Positions 27,541-38,072 of a stretch of 41,640 bases of DNA are shown piece by piece (within the stretch, counting starts at the first letter, position 1; the number at the start of each line of letters is the position of its first letter). The position numbers and the translations under genes were made by a program. The notes beneath the pieces were generated by a model. It worked only from the letters and a program-made list of their open reading frames with translations, was not told the origin of the DNA and did no database searches. The DNA lies in contig CAXXSM010000068.1 of assembly GCA_963663405.2 (NCBI GenBank), forward strand, positions 1 to 41,640. The letters run 5' to 3'. Origin of the DNA: a bacterium (GTDB lineage Bacteria; Hinthialibacterota; Hinthialibacteria; Hinthialibacterales; Hinthialibacteraceae).

Positions 27541-29004
27541 TTATGCGAGTTCAAAATCGATGTGCCGTTGCAGAGCGGCTTGATAGATCGCGTGCGCTTC
27601 GTCGCGTGGATGAAACGTTTCGCCGAAATAGGGTTCCGCTTCGGAAATATCCGGGAGCGCGCCTAACGATTCCAAGGCCACCAGCGCCGCTCCCCGGCAG
27701 GACGCTTCGGATACATTCGACACACGGACGGGCCGACTGAAGACATCCGCCATGATTTGGGTCCAAGCCGGGGAACGCAGCAAACCTCCTCCTGTCGCAA
27801 CGATGATGTGATCTTTGCCGAAATGTGGTTCCAGCAAATCATGGATGAGTTTAAAGCGATAGGCGATCGCCTCCAGGCCGGCTTGGACAATTTGGACCGG
27901 TTTTGTGGCGATTCGCAATCCATGAATCGTTCCACGCATCTCCGGATTCCAGCGTGGGCTGCGCTGTCCGGAAAGAAAGGGGAGGAAGGTGAGACCATGC
28001 CCATCGGGTTTCAGTGATTGAAGTTGCTCTTCGAGTTCGGTGGCATCGGGCAAATGGAGGGTGTTCCGCATCCATTCAAACACGTTTCCACCATTGCTGA
28101 GAGCGCCGCCCTGCAGGGGGCGATGGCGATCGATGCGGTAGCACCACAATCCCGGCGGTGGAGACCGGTACTCTCCGCGCCAGACAGCGCGCATCGCGCC
28201 GGAGGTTCCCACCATGACAGCGAAGCGGTCCGGGGCTGAACACGCGCAGCCGATATTGCTGCACGCGCCATCGCCGATCGCGGGATACCAGACAGCGTCT
28301 TTCAAGGCAGGCCAGCGGTTCGAGAACGCTGGTTGAAGCGAGCGCAATCCATCGTTGACGTCACATAAGGTAAAGAGTCTGTCTGGATCAATAGAAATAG
28401 CGTCCAACGTTTTTTCGTCCCAGACGCAGTCCGCTGAATTCAACAAACCTGACGCGGACGCCATCGAATAGGAACAGAATTGCTGACCGAAGAGTTTATA
28501 GTACAAATACTCCCCGGCGGACATCCAATAGCGAACGCGATTCACGACATCGGGCGCAGTCTTTTGGAGCCATGCGATCTTCGCGGGGAGGTAGCTGGCG
28601 TGCATCGGGCAACCGGCGCGGTTGGTGAATTCGTTTGGGTCGAGGCGTTTTTGTAAATCTTCCAATATTGTTTCCGGGCGTGTGTCGCCCCACATGAGGA
28701 GAGGCGTCACCGGATCGCCGCGTTCATCGATTCCCGCCATGCTATGCCAAAACGTGCAGCATGCGGCCGCCGCGATGGGAATGGATTGGGCCCGCGCTTC
28801 TTCCACGGCGCGATCGATGGCTTGATAGACGATTTCGCAGAGTTGATCCAAGTCGATATACGATCCCCCATCCGGCGTCTGGGTCATGGAATAGGAGATT
28901 TGCGCGCCTATGGGGGGAAGATCCCAGCCCTCGCTATCATATACTTTACAGCGCGTTGAGGACGAGCCGATATCAATCGAAAGAACGTATGGTTCCATCA
29001 TCAT
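27541..29004 (-). CDS. gntK: Gluconokinase, FGGY family (Bacillus GntK type)
   Basis: IDIGSSS, WHS, SMASASGL, GDGACSNIG, VGTSGAMR, GGALSNGG and PFLSGQRSP; adjacent to gndA. Confidence 0.85.
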   Translation of the reverse strand: MMMEPYVLSIDIGSSSTRCKVYDSEGWDLPPIGAQISYSMTQTPDGGSYIDLDQLCEIVYQAIDRAVEEARAQSIPIAAAACCTFWHSMAGIDERGDPVTPLLMWGDTRPETILEDLQKRLDPNEFTNRAGCPMHASYLPAKIAWLQKTAPDVVNRVRYWMSAGEYLYYKLFGQQFCSYSMASASGLLNSADCVWDEKTLDAISIDPDRLFTLCDVNDGLRSLQPAFSNRWPALKDAVWYPAIGDGACSNIGCACSAPDRFAVMVGTSGAMRAVWRGEYRSPPPGLWCYRIDRHRPLQGGALSNGGNVFEWMRNTLHLPDATELEEQLQSLKPDGHGLTFLPFLSGQRSPRWNPEMRGTIHGLRIATKPVQIVQAGLEAIAYRFKLIHDLLEPHFGKDHIIVATGGGLLRSPAWTQIMADVFSRPVRVSNVSEASCRGAALVALESLGALPDISEAEPYFGETFHPRDEAHAIYQAALQRHIDFELA

Positions 29005-29039
29005 CGTTTCACCTGTTCCCCATTGTCATCTTCACGGAT

Positions 29040-29981
29040 TTATAATTCAACCTTCTCCGGGATACTTTCATGAATCATACGCGTCTGCGCGCTGACGAGG
29101 AATCCTCCACCGATCAACATCAAAATCCCCGCGATGATTTGTCCGCTGGATATTGTTTCATGCAGCAGGGGATACGCAAGCGACGCGGTGACGAGTGGGG
29201 ATAATAGATTGGCGGTGCTTCCAATCGCCACCCCCAGCCGTTCGAGGGATGTATAGTACGCGACATGCGCGAAGGCGATTCCCAATAGACCGGAGAACAA
29301 CACCAGGAAGATTCTCCATGAAGACATCGCCAGCAAACTGCTGTAATCGCCCCAGGTGAAACCGAGAAAAACCAATGGCAGCGCGGTTGCGGGACAGATG
29401 AGAGAAAAGGCTTGATGGGGCTGCATATCGGCGGCGAAATATCGCACCGATACGCCATACAACGCAAAGAAAAAACCACAGGTGATTACGACCACGAATC
29501 CGATGAGATTTCCACCGCTGGGTCCATTGGCTCCCCAATACGTCATCCCTATCATCCCCGCGAGTGAGAATAAGAGTCCAATCCAGAATTTACTCGACCG
29601 GATGAGAATTCTCTCGCGGGGAAACACGATGAACGACGCGATCACGGAAAAGAGGCAGGCGACCCGCACCAAAAAGGCCAAAATACCCGCTTCTAAGAAA
29701 TAGGGGGACCAAGCCCATAGTATCTGTGCGATCAAGTTGATTGAAACGATGGGGGCGACTATAAAGAGATGAGTTATCCGGATTTCGCCGCTTCGAATCC
29801 ATAATAAAAGCGGTCCGGACCATAAGAGCGCGGAGATTCCGTAGCGGACGCCGTTCGCCGTCCATGCGTCGATCTCATGGATAAAAGACCGTAGAAAAAT
29901 AGGCACGATTCCCCATGCGGTCATTGTGGCTAAGTACGCGGCTGTGCCGAGGAAATCGATTTTGCCAAATTTTGATTTCAT
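29040..29981 (-). CDS. DMT/EamA family transporter
   Basis: About 10 hydrophobic segments in two repeats; AWG..PIF, R-YGIS and LSPLVTASLAYPLLHETIS. Confidence 0.9.
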   Translation of the reverse strand: MKSKFGKIDFLGTAAYLATMTAWGIVPIFLRSFIHEIDAWTANGVRYGISALLWSGPLLLWIRSGEIRITHLFIVAPIVSINLIAQILWAWSPYFLEAGILAFLVRVACLFSVIASFIVFPRERILIRSSKFWIGLLFSLAGMIGMTYWGANGPSGGNLIGFVVVITCGFFFALYGVSVRYFAADMQPHQAFSLICPATALPLVFLGFTWGDYSSLLAMSSWRIFLVLFSGLLGIAFAHVAYYTSLERLGVAIGSTANLLSPLVTASLAYPLLHETISSGQIIAGILMLIGGGFLVSAQTRMIHESIPEKVEL

Positions 29982-30080
29982 TCGTTGTAAGTTTCTTTCT
30001 TGTATTTGTTTTCTGTCCTTACTGGATTGTTCTGTATATCGCCAGGGTTGAAAAACGTCTTGCCCAGGCGTTCCGCTGGA

Positions 30081-32885
30081 TTATTGAATTTTCTGTTTTT
30101 TGCCATTGATTAAAATGCAGTCGATGTTTGATGGATTTCCTGATAGCGCATGTAGAGTGTCTTCTTTGATAGCCGCTTCAAAGAATGCGGTTTGTTCTTT
30201 CAAGCGGATTTCAACGTTTTGATAATGTAGGTAGTTTCCATTGGCGATCGCTAAATAACTGACTTTATTCTCCTGACTGGATAGTATGCAAAATTCTCCT
30301 GTACAAGAGAAATTGAATTCGGGTTGGCTGACTGAATTTTTATCTTCCGGATCAACAAATGCGATGGTGTGTTTTCTTCCATTGGCTAAATCGAGAACGA
30401 TTAATCCGCTTTTTTCATCCAGGGGAACGCCGTCTTTGTTTTGAAGAGGCAAACGTTTGATCTTTTCGATCCGGCGGGTTTTCTCGTATGGTTCGAGTAT
30501 GCTGACGAAACAGGTTGATAAGGGAGCGGCGTCTGTTTTGCGGCGGGTCATCAGGCGGGAGACCCAGTGTTCCGCTCCGCCGAAATTTTGGCCGACGTCG
30601 ATCCAACATTCCGACAGCGCCGCTTCTATGTTGGGCGTTAGATCTGTAACGCGCAGATGGATATCGGTTCCTTCGGGCAGATATTCATAGAAATCTTCAA
30701 TCGCCCAATCGACGAACCAGCCTTGTTGTGGGGTGGAATCGAGCTGGGTGTTCCGCATTAGTGTGTCCCGCCCAAAATCTGGCGCTGGTTGGAGATTCAA
30801 TCCCTGTGTGTGTGGCGTTCCGAAGAGGGGTGTGATGAATTTGGCGTGTTCGCTTCCTCCCTCAACGTAAAACAGATCGAAGAGATAGGAATCCTCTTCG
30901 GAAAGATCCACCAACGCGAGTGTTCGTTCGTAGCGTTCGCCACCGGTCATGCAGGGGGCCGTTGCGCGGATGAGATGGATTCGTTTTCCACTTCCCCAAA
31001 GGGTGGTTGCGCCATCACAGCGGGCTTGGTCTTTACCGTCTACTACAACCGTGTTGTGCGCCGCTGTTTTTGTGTACCAGACCGCTTTTGGGAAATCCCA
31101 ACCGCCATAGCCAACAGGGGGGTATCCAAAATCGGGGAGCAGGTCGAGGCCTTTTGCGAATAAGCCGATGTTTAATCCATCGCGGTGGCTGTGACGTCCG
31201 CCGGAATCGTAATCCAGCCAGGCGGCGCGGCGTGAATTGGATTTTCCGGACCGCAGGATCGCGAGTCTCCATTGTTCTTTATTGATATCCGGTAGATCGA
31301 TTTCGGTTCCCACTCGATCGATGACGGTTTGGACTTTTTTTTGAAAGGCTTCTGGATCGGGGGCGCAGAGATCGTGGGGCAATCCCTCAACCGTCCGTCC
31401 ATTCGAAATGTAGAGGGATTGAACGAAGGCTGGATCTTGCGTTCGCTCATACAGGCGCCAGAGCAGTTGAAACATCGAGGGCTCGACTCCGGCGGCGGGT
31501 TTGGCGAAGGAGAGGCCTGCGAAACTGGTGTATTGCTGTCCAAACGAGCCGCAATCCCCCACGCGGGGATAGTAGGATTCTGCGATCCACGTATCGATAT
31601 GAAAGCGGAACGTCTCCCGCAGCTGGGGGAATTTCCGGATCAGTTCATCGAATAATGCTGGGTCAAGACGGTCGAACCGGCCGATTAAATCCCCTACGGC
31701 GCCGGGGCCGATTCTTGAATATCCAGTCATTCCCTTCTCGCCTGTGACGCCATCCACTTTGGCCGATGTTTCGATGATTTCGGAGATCATGCCAAGAACT
31801 TTGTCCGGGTTGGCCGGCCATCCAATGACGGTTTCAAGAGTTAGAATCGCGAGTGGGGTGCGTGGATAGTTTGAGCGGATCTTGTATTCGTTTTGGATCG
31901 TATCCCGGAAGATGCGGTTCTCGATATTGTCTTGGATCAGATTAAAATTCGTCTTGGGATTTTCTAACTTGTATTCTTTGGCCTTGCGGGAGAGAAAGCG
32001 GACCAGTTCTTTATCCTTTGGCAGCGCGTTGAAAATGCGGTCATAGGCTTGGGCGAGTTCCCGCACTTCTTCACACGCGTCATGCCATGTTGACACGTAG
32101 CCGTTGCAGCCTAGGTCGCGTTCGTATACGACGGCTTGTTTGATGAAATCGAACGTAGGATAGACATCCGCTATGCGGTCAAGAAGAATTGCTGTCTTGC
32201 GCGCGTAGACCGGATCGCCGGTGACGAAATACGCTTCGCTCAGTTTGACAGCGCCATCCAACACTAATTTTTTCCACTGCCCATAGACAAGGTACGCGCC
32301 GATAAACCGCCATTTCTTCTCGCCTTCCACATACCCGGTTCCATCGTCCACACCGAAAGTATGGAGGGGATCGTCCGGATTGGGATGGTCTGTGTTGAAT
32401 AACAACGCGCGATCGGCCAGGTTGGGATCAAAGACGCCATACTCGTCCAAACCGGAGCGGTAGAACGCTTCGAAATCATTGGTGGGGAAGAACGTTTCGC
32501 AATGGGGGCACTGGGTTTTGAAGGGATGGGTCCAGGGATCCATTATCCAGGAGTACATCTTCACATCTTTTTTGCATTGCGGGCAATACCCATCCGACCA
32601 GACCATCCACGAACGGGGGATCGTCGCGCCGAACATCATCTCCCAGAGTTGATCGTTTGGTGTGTCCCGCCAAGGTTTCGCGCGTTCGACGATCCGGTCC
32701 CGCAGTTCCTTGGCCCATTCGAATTTCTCCGCGTTTGCGATCGCGTTTTCCGAGAGGGCGCGCGGATAGAGGACGCCGGCCTGTTTCCGAAAATTCGGAG
32801 ACTGTTCATCCGCATGAAGCAAAGGCGTTCCATTGCAAACGAGAAGGAAAAGAGGCAGCCATACAGCAATGGTTTTATGTATCAC
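30081..32885 (-). CDS. Secreted heparinase II/III-like polysaccharide lyase
   Basis: Signal peptide; helical N-terminal region; C-terminal AILRSG, GRHSHRDGLNIGLFAKG, PDFGYP and AHNTVVVDG; two CxxC pairs near the N-terminus. Confidence 0.8.
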   Translation of the reverse strand: MIHKTIAVWLPLFLLVCNGTPLLHADEQSPNFRKQAGVLYPRALSENAIANAEKFEWAKELRDRIVERAKPWRDTPNDQLWEMMFGATIPRSWMVWSDGYCPQCKKDVKMYSWIMDPWTHPFKTQCPHCETFFPTNDFEAFYRSGLDEYGVFDPNLADRALLFNTDHPNPDDPLHTFGVDDGTGYVEGEKKWRFIGAYLVYGQWKKLVLDGAVKLSEAYFVTGDPVYARKTAILLDRIADVYPTFDFIKQAVVYERDLGCNGYVSTWHDACEEVRELAQAYDRIFNALPKDKELVRFLSRKAKEYKLENPKTNFNLIQDNIENRIFRDTIQNEYKIRSNYPRTPLAILTLETVIGWPANPDKVLGMISEIIETSAKVDGVTGEKGMTGYSRIGPGAVGDLIGRFDRLDPALFDELIRKFPQLRETFRFHIDTWIAESYYPRVGDCGSFGQQYTSFAGLSFAKPAAGVEPSMFQLLWRLYERTQDPAFVQSLYISNGRTVEGLPHDLCAPDPEAFQKKVQTVIDRVGTEIDLPDINKEQWRLAILRSGKSNSRRAAWLDYDSGGRHSHRDGLNIGLFAKGLDLLPDFGYPPVGYGGWDFPKAVWYTKTAAHNTVVVDGKDQARCDGATTLWGSGKRIHLIRATAPCMTGGERYERTLALVDLSEEDSYLFDLFYVEGGSEHAKFITPLFGTPHTQGLNLQPAPDFGRDTLMRNTQLDSTPQQGWFVDWAIEDFYEYLPEGTDIHLRVTDLTPNIEAALSECWIDVGQNFGGAEHWVSRLMTRRKTDAAPLSTCFVSILEPYEKTRRIEKIKRLPLQNKDGVPLDEKSGLIVLDLANGRKHTIAFVDPEDKNSVSQPEFNFSCTGEFCILSSQENKVSYLAIANGNYLHYQNVEIRLKEQTAFFEAAIKEDTLHALSGNPSNIDCILINGKKQKIQ

Positions 32886-33054
32886 GATCCGATCCCTTTC
32901 TTGACTTTCGTGGCTGGATATGAAACAAATGAGAGTTGATTCTATTGTATGACGAAATAGCTAACAGCCGAAATAGAAATTATATCTCCCAAGAGTTGGA
33001 TCTGGATAGAGGCGTCCAATCAAACGGAAATTTCTATTCGCAAGGAGATCAGAA

Positions 33055-36000
33055 ATGAACGCTCAGAGGCAATATGGAATGTTGATAACCGGATTTATTT
33101 TTTTGCTTTTATTGCTAGAGAGTTTGGGCGCCGCCGCCACCCCTCTTCGTTACATCCCCCCAATGCCCGGTGGGATCACCATTGATGGGAAGTTGGATGA
33201 GCGATGGTATCGAACAACGCCGCCCGTTGAGAATTTCAAGATCGCCGGTCAACCGGAACGGGAAGCGCCTCATACCCAAGCATGGATTTTTTGGAGCGAA
33301 TGGAAGATGATCTTCGCTTTTAATTGTGTCGATCCAAGCATCGGCGCGAAACCGCCCAGCTGGGATGAGATGGCCGTCGCGCCACAGGACCGGGTGGAAT
33401 TCTATTTATGGTCCGGCGATGAAGAAGACACGTTTATCTGTTTTGAAATTGCGGCCCTTGGCGCGGCGCTTCATTACCGGACGAATTATTATCGATTCTT
33501 CAACTTCGGCTGGACGCCGGAAACATTACATTACGAAGTGTCCCTCACACCGGATGGGTACAGCATGGAAGCGGAGATTTACGCGGAGGATTTAGCGCAG
33601 GCTAACATCCACCTCAAGCCGGGGGCGCAATTCCGGGCGGGATTGTATCGATCGGATGTGGATTCGATCGATCAGGAAAATGAACCTACATGGATTACCT
33701 GGGTTGAAGACAGCAAACCTTTTCCCGACTTTCACGTCCCTCGTTCCGTTGGTGAGTTTGTTCTAGAAGACGAAGAGCATCCCGGTCCGGCGCTCGGGTT
33801 GTATCGATTCTGGGAAGTAGGAAACCAGCGTGTCAAACTGCGGCCTGATGGAGTCAGAAAACCTGTGATCCTTACGCCGGGTGAATCCGTGGATGGATGG
33901 AAACTCATCTGGACGGGAGTGTACGATGACAACGCATGGGCGTTGATGGAAGATGAGAGCGAATACGCGTTCATTAGCGATGAATCCCGGATGATTCGAT
34001 TGAGCAAGCCGCCTGCGGAGAGAGAAGAGATTGATCCTAAGCGCTTGTACGACGGCAAGAGTATGGAAGAAGTCCTCGCTTCCAGAACAGACATTCTCGG
34101 CGAACAGGTTTTGAAAGATGGTTCAGTGGATTTCGATACGATCGCGGCGCTTCTTCCTCCGATTGCGAATGGCTATCAAATTCTTGGCGCTCCATTGACA
34201 GGGGGCGTCAGCCCGGTTCTGACGCGAGAGGGTGTGATCCGGCGGGGGGATACCGTTCTCTTCGATACGGGACAAGTCGAGTCCCGCTTGCAGGGACGCC
34301 GATGGCAAGCCGGTTTGATGGATGGCTGGATTCCCATCGCTCACTATTTCGATTCAAACGCTCAGTTTGTATTGACCGCATTCGTTCCTATTTGGGAACG
34401 CGGCGCGTCTCCTTCCGTTTGGATCCGTTTAGCAGAAATTAATAATGGGGAAGAAAACGAACGGTTTTGGAGGACGGACGCATCTACACCAAGAACACTG
34501 AATAAGGATGAATTCTGGCAAGGTTTCATGAAGGCGGTTTTCCATTGGAAAGAGTATGAGAAAAGCCTATCCCTTCCGGATATTCCCGATCAAAACGTAT
34601 TACGATGTGTCAAAGGAAGCCTCGCTCTTTCCCACATTGTTTTCATGGGAGAACATCCACACTATGGCGCGAGTGGGTACGGCGCCACGGTTCATGACAC
34701 ATTTCCTCCTGCGTTTATCGCCGTTCTTGAGAGCGCGTTCCGGTATGGAGAATCGGATTGGGTGAAACGGTTGACCGCTTATTGGTTCGACTATTGTGTC
34801 AACCAAGATGGGACGATTCGTTATTGGCAGAGAAATGTCCGGCCCGCCGCGTCGGCTTCGGAATATGGAATGATTTATCAGTCGCTTGAAGAGATCGGCC
34901 GCGCATGGGGAAATGAGTGGATTCATGAAAGCGCTCTCGATAAGATGGAGGCGTCGGCGCATTATCTGCATTCGCTCCGGGAGCCGATCGAACCAGGGGG
35001 TCCCCGGTTGATCCATCTAGGCGCGGAAGCGGATAACGCGGAATATAAGCGCGCGTATTTCAGCAATAATTTATGGGCGGTCCGGGGATTTGAAAGCCTG
35101 TCGAAAATCTTCGAACGGCGAAACCGCCGGGGAACCGCCGCGCATCTGCGTCATATGGCTCAGGATCTCACTAAAGACATCGAGCAGGCTCTCGCCGCGT
35201 CCGCTATCGAAACGGATTACGGGCTTCTTCCTCCGATTCATCCCAACTATGCCGCGTTACCTCTTACGTTGAGTTTAGGGATACAAAAACCAGAGGGAAT
35301 TGAAGATGAGATCTGGCGGATGTATACGAAGAATGACAGCGTTTCGCTTCCAGGCGAGAATCAAGCCAAACAGAATCTGCGCGAGAACACCTACGCGAAT
35401 TACCGCTATTACTTGGAAATGCTTTCCTCCGGCGGCCTGCCGGGCCGGATGGTGGACGCGATTGACCGGATGCGGGCGGACCGGGGCGGTTCTATGCTTG
35501 GGATGACGCGCTTTATGTCCTGGCTCGATGACTGGCCTGTTGCGGAATGGGCTAAATATTTATTACACACCAACCGGCTGGATGAATACTGGCTTCTTCT
35601 ATACGCGCACATGGCCCACCATCAGGACCACGACACGCTGACCGCGTTCGAGCAAGTCCGGATCAATGGGACCTATTGCGCGCCGGACTGTCTTCCTTCG
35701 CAGCTTGTGGGGCCGCGTATGCTGGCCTGGGCGTTCGCGTTTGAATTTCCGGGGGATGACCAATTTTATCTGTTGCGGGGAATTCCTGGGGAATGGTACG
35801 CGGCGGGGAAGGAATTCCATTGGACCGATTGTCCCACCAGCGCCGGACCGATTTCCTTCCATATCAGCACGATCAATCGCCGAACGGATGTAATCGTGGA
35901 TTGTTCTAAATTATGCGCTTCGATTAAACCCGTCATCCAATTCAACGGCCCTAAACAGTTGATTCCATCCATCGCCGATGATTCAAAGAGTATCGTTAAT

Positions 36001-36078
36001 ATGGATCGAAATGGAATTTATCTCCGGGAAGTAGAGAAAGGCGTTATCCGGTTTAGTTTGCATTGGAATGAACGATAG
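33055..36078 (+). CDS. Secreted CBM9-like domain plus six-hairpin glycosidase-like protein
   Basis: Signal peptide; CBM9/DOMON-like motifs (ITIDGKLDE..W, DRVEFY, YSMEAEI, DFH-P); helical C-terminal region with SEYG, GAEAD, YFSNNLWAVRG and LLRGIPGEW..PTSAG, typical of (alpha/alpha)6 GH-like proteins. Confidence 0.6.
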   Translation: MNAQRQYGMLITGFIFLLLLLESLGAAATPLRYIPPMPGGITIDGKLDERWYRTTPPVENFKIAGQPEREAPHTQAWIFWSEWKMIFAFNCVDPSIGAKPPSWDEMAVAPQDRVEFYLWSGDEEDTFICFEIAALGAALHYRTNYYRFFNFGWTPETLHYEVSLTPDGYSMEAEIYAEDLAQANIHLKPGAQFRAGLYRSDVDSIDQENEPTWITWVEDSKPFPDFHVPRSVGEFVLEDEEHPGPALGLYRFWEVGNQRVKLRPDGVRKPVILTPGESVDGWKLIWTGVYDDNAWALMEDESEYAFISDESRMIRLSKPPAEREEIDPKRLYDGKSMEEVLASRTDILGEQVLKDGSVDFDTIAALLPPIANGYQILGAPLTGGVSPVLTREGVIRRGDTVLFDTGQVESRLQGRRWQAGLMDGWIPIAHYFDSNAQFVLTAFVPIWERGASPSVWIRLAEINNGEENERFWRTDASTPRTLNKDEFWQGFMKAVFHWKEYEKSLSLPDIPDQNVLRCVKGSLALSHIVFMGEHPHYGASGYGATVHDTFPPAFIAVLESAFRYGESDWVKRLTAYWFDYCVNQDGTIRYWQRNVRPAASASEYGMIYQSLEEIGRAWGNEWIHESALDKMEASAHYLHSLREPIEPGGPRLIHLGAEADNAEYKRAYFSNNLWAVRGFESLSKIFERRNRRGTAAHLRHMAQDLTKDIEQALAASAIETDYGLLPPIHPNYAALPLTLSLGIQKPEGIEDEIWRMYTKNDSVSLPGENQAKQNLRENTYANYRYYLEMLSSGGLPGRMVDAIDRMRADRGGSMLGMTRFMSWLDDWPVAEWAKYLLHTNRLDEYWLLLYAHMAHHQDHDTLTAFEQVRINGTYCAPDCLPSQLVGPRMLAWAFAFEFPGDDQFYLLRGIPGEWYAAGKEFHWTDCPTSAGPISFHISTINRRTDVIVDCSKLCASIKPVIQFNGPKQLIPSIADDSKSIVNMDRNGIYLREVEKGVIRFSLHWNER

Positions 36079-36106
36079 TCATCACGAACGCTATTTCCAG
36101 CGCTTT

Positions 36107-37609
36107 TCAAACCAATAACTCTTCACGCGCCGCTTCCACAATACGGTTCAATTCACTCACAAAATCCGGTTCCAATTCAATTTCAGGTTGATCCACGATC
36201 AACTTGCGCCATGCCCGATCCGCTTCCTGAAGGAGACGCTTGTCATCCGGTTCCGCTGTTTGTTGGTGATTGCAGTATGTCCTATCGAACAGTTCCGGAT
36301 ACCAGCCCACAGAGCGGAAATGATTTAAGGTATGGTCACTCTCCAAATAGGTTCCCCGCTCGCAAAACAGCCGGTCGTTGATGACATCGACCGCGCAGGT
36401 TTCTTTGTTGACATCGATGCCTTGATAGAATTTATAGATCGCCTCGTTCATCTCCAAGTCAATCATAGCCTGCGTGGGAGAGAAGACAGCGCCATTATCC
36501 AAGGCGCCAATCGGGAGGGGCAGACTGACTGTGGAACCGAACGCCATTTGGCGATAGGTCTTCATGAAGCCGGCTTGAAGACCGGGAATTTTAGCCTCCA
36601 CGTAGCCGGGATCAATGTTATGAACCAATCCATATCGATCGCGGAATAGCTGATGCAACGCCGCATCGGCAAGAATCGCCGATGGAGAACAATAACAGAT
36701 TTGAGTGGTCTTCATATCCATTTCCCCTGTGATACTGGTGGAGAAGTAGAAGACCTCTGGATCGATCAGGGACGCCGCCGTCATGCAGCCGAGGATTTCA
36801 GCCAGGGCCACGATCACCCCTCCCGCCGGGGTAACCGGAGCGGTGGCGCCAAGAATGGGCATAGGGGCGAAATTGACAGGGAAGCCATATTTCAGAGCCT
36901 CCTCTAAAACATCGCACGACCGGCGGTCAAGTTTAAGTGGCGAGGTTGTACAATACGCCGCGACGAAGACCGGTGGCTGCGAGTATAAAAGATCGCGGCG
37001 GCCATCCACCACCAGGGAAGCCATTTCAGCCAAGTATTTAACCTCTTTGCCCGAACTGGTCCCGGCCCAGCCCGGTTTGCGAGTATGAAGCAGCAGCAAT
37101 CGAGCTGATTCGATCGTCTCCATGCGCGGATCAAATTCACTGCAGATTAATGGCGCATTTACCGCTTTTACGGCAGGCAACGCGTTTCCTAATCGGATCA
37201 TATCAATCTGGTCTTGGATTAGAGGCTTCCGGCAGCGGGATTGTGGATAATCATAGATCCAAGGCGTCGCATAACCGTAATCTACAATGAACTCAGAAGG
37301 AATGGCGGCGTCATTATCGGGCAACTCGCGGCAGAAGGGATACCATAGGGACGAGCGAACCATCTTGTACCGCCCGCGCTGCGTTTCGATTTGCCGTTCG
37401 ATTAATTCTGATTTGAACCAGACGCGGTGTTTGGCGAAATCCACGCGGCACCCGGCGTCCGCTAGCGCGCGGAGAAGGAATTCCCCCTGGATCTGCAGAC
37501 CGGTCCGCTCCAGTGTTTCAAGCGCATGACAGTGTAAGCGATCCATCTGCCCACGATCGAGTACCTTTAGCAATCCTCTAAGCATAGTGTTTTCATTCGC
37601 CAGCGCCAT
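36107..37609 (-). CDS. MttB-superfamily (trimethylamine methyltransferase-like) protein, non-pyrrolysine
   Basis: LH-HALETLERTG, TSPLKLD, PMPILGATAPVTPAGG, AEIL, DMKT, EAKIPGLQAG, GALDNG..FS and HTLNHFR; no in-frame TAG. Confidence 0.88.
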   Translation of the reverse strand: MALANENTMLRGLLKVLDRGQMDRLHCHALETLERTGLQIQGEFLLRALADAGCRVDFAKHRVWFKSELIERQIETQRGRYKMVRSSLWYPFCRELPDNDAAIPSEFIVDYGYATPWIYDYPQSRCRKPLIQDQIDMIRLGNALPAVKAVNAPLICSEFDPRMETIESARLLLLHTRKPGWAGTSSGKEVKYLAEMASLVVDGRRDLLYSQPPVFVAAYCTTSPLKLDRRSCDVLEEALKYGFPVNFAPMPILGATAPVTPAGGVIVALAEILGCMTAASLIDPEVFYFSTSITGEMDMKTTQICYCSPSAILADAALHQLFRDRYGLVHNIDPGYVEAKIPGLQAGFMKTYRQMAFGSTVSLPLPIGALDNGAVFSPTQAMIDLEMNEAIYKFYQGIDVNKETCAVDVINDRLFCERGTYLESDHTLNHFRSVGWYPELFDRTYCNHQQTAEPDDKRLLQEADRAWRKLIVDQPEIELEPDFVSELNRIVEAAREELLV

Positions 37610-37624
37610 AATAAGGCGGCGTTT

Positions 37625-37960
37625 TTACTCATTGGGTTCTTCGCGATACCAGACCAGTTCTATGTTCGCGCCGTCGGGCGCGCGGTAAAAACCCGCCACG
37701 GCGAATCCTGCGTCAAATGGTTCGAGTAGAACCTCCATGCCCTTACTCAGTTCCGTGATTTGTTGCTCGCTTTCGACGCGGAATCCTACGTGTGTTTCGT
37801 TCCGCAGCGGCCCAGTTACCGGACTGTCCGGCTCAAAGCGCAGCCACTCCACAGAGAAGGGATGCTCGCGCGCCTGTGTGATCCACACACGGGTGGCTTC
37901 GACAAAAGTTTCACCGGATTTCTTTTCATGGGTTGGGATTCCTACATGATCGAATTGCAT
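37625..37960 (-). CDS. VOC/glyoxalase-like protein
   Basis: FDHVGIP, VEWLRFEPDSP, HVGFRV and PDGANIELV (His/Glu metal-ligand pattern); GGAGG RBS. Confidence 0.75.
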   Translation of the reverse strand: MQFDHVGIPTHEKKSGETFVEATRVWITQAREHPFSVEWLRFEPDSPVTGPLRNETHVGFRVESEQQITELSKGMEVLLEPFDAGFAVAGFYRAPDGANIELVWYREEPNE

Positions 37961-38072
37961 AGCGCTCCTCCCTGAATTATGGGAATCGTCAAAGATCTAA
38001 GCGGCGTTATTCGTTTCTTATTATAAAGAGTAGAATTGAATGAATGGAATGGCTGTGGAGAATGACGGACGA

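Noticed and set aside
36107-37609. Pyrrolysine recoding in MttB
   Set aside because: The ORF is uninterrupted, Tyr occupies the expected Pyl position, and no pyl genes are present.
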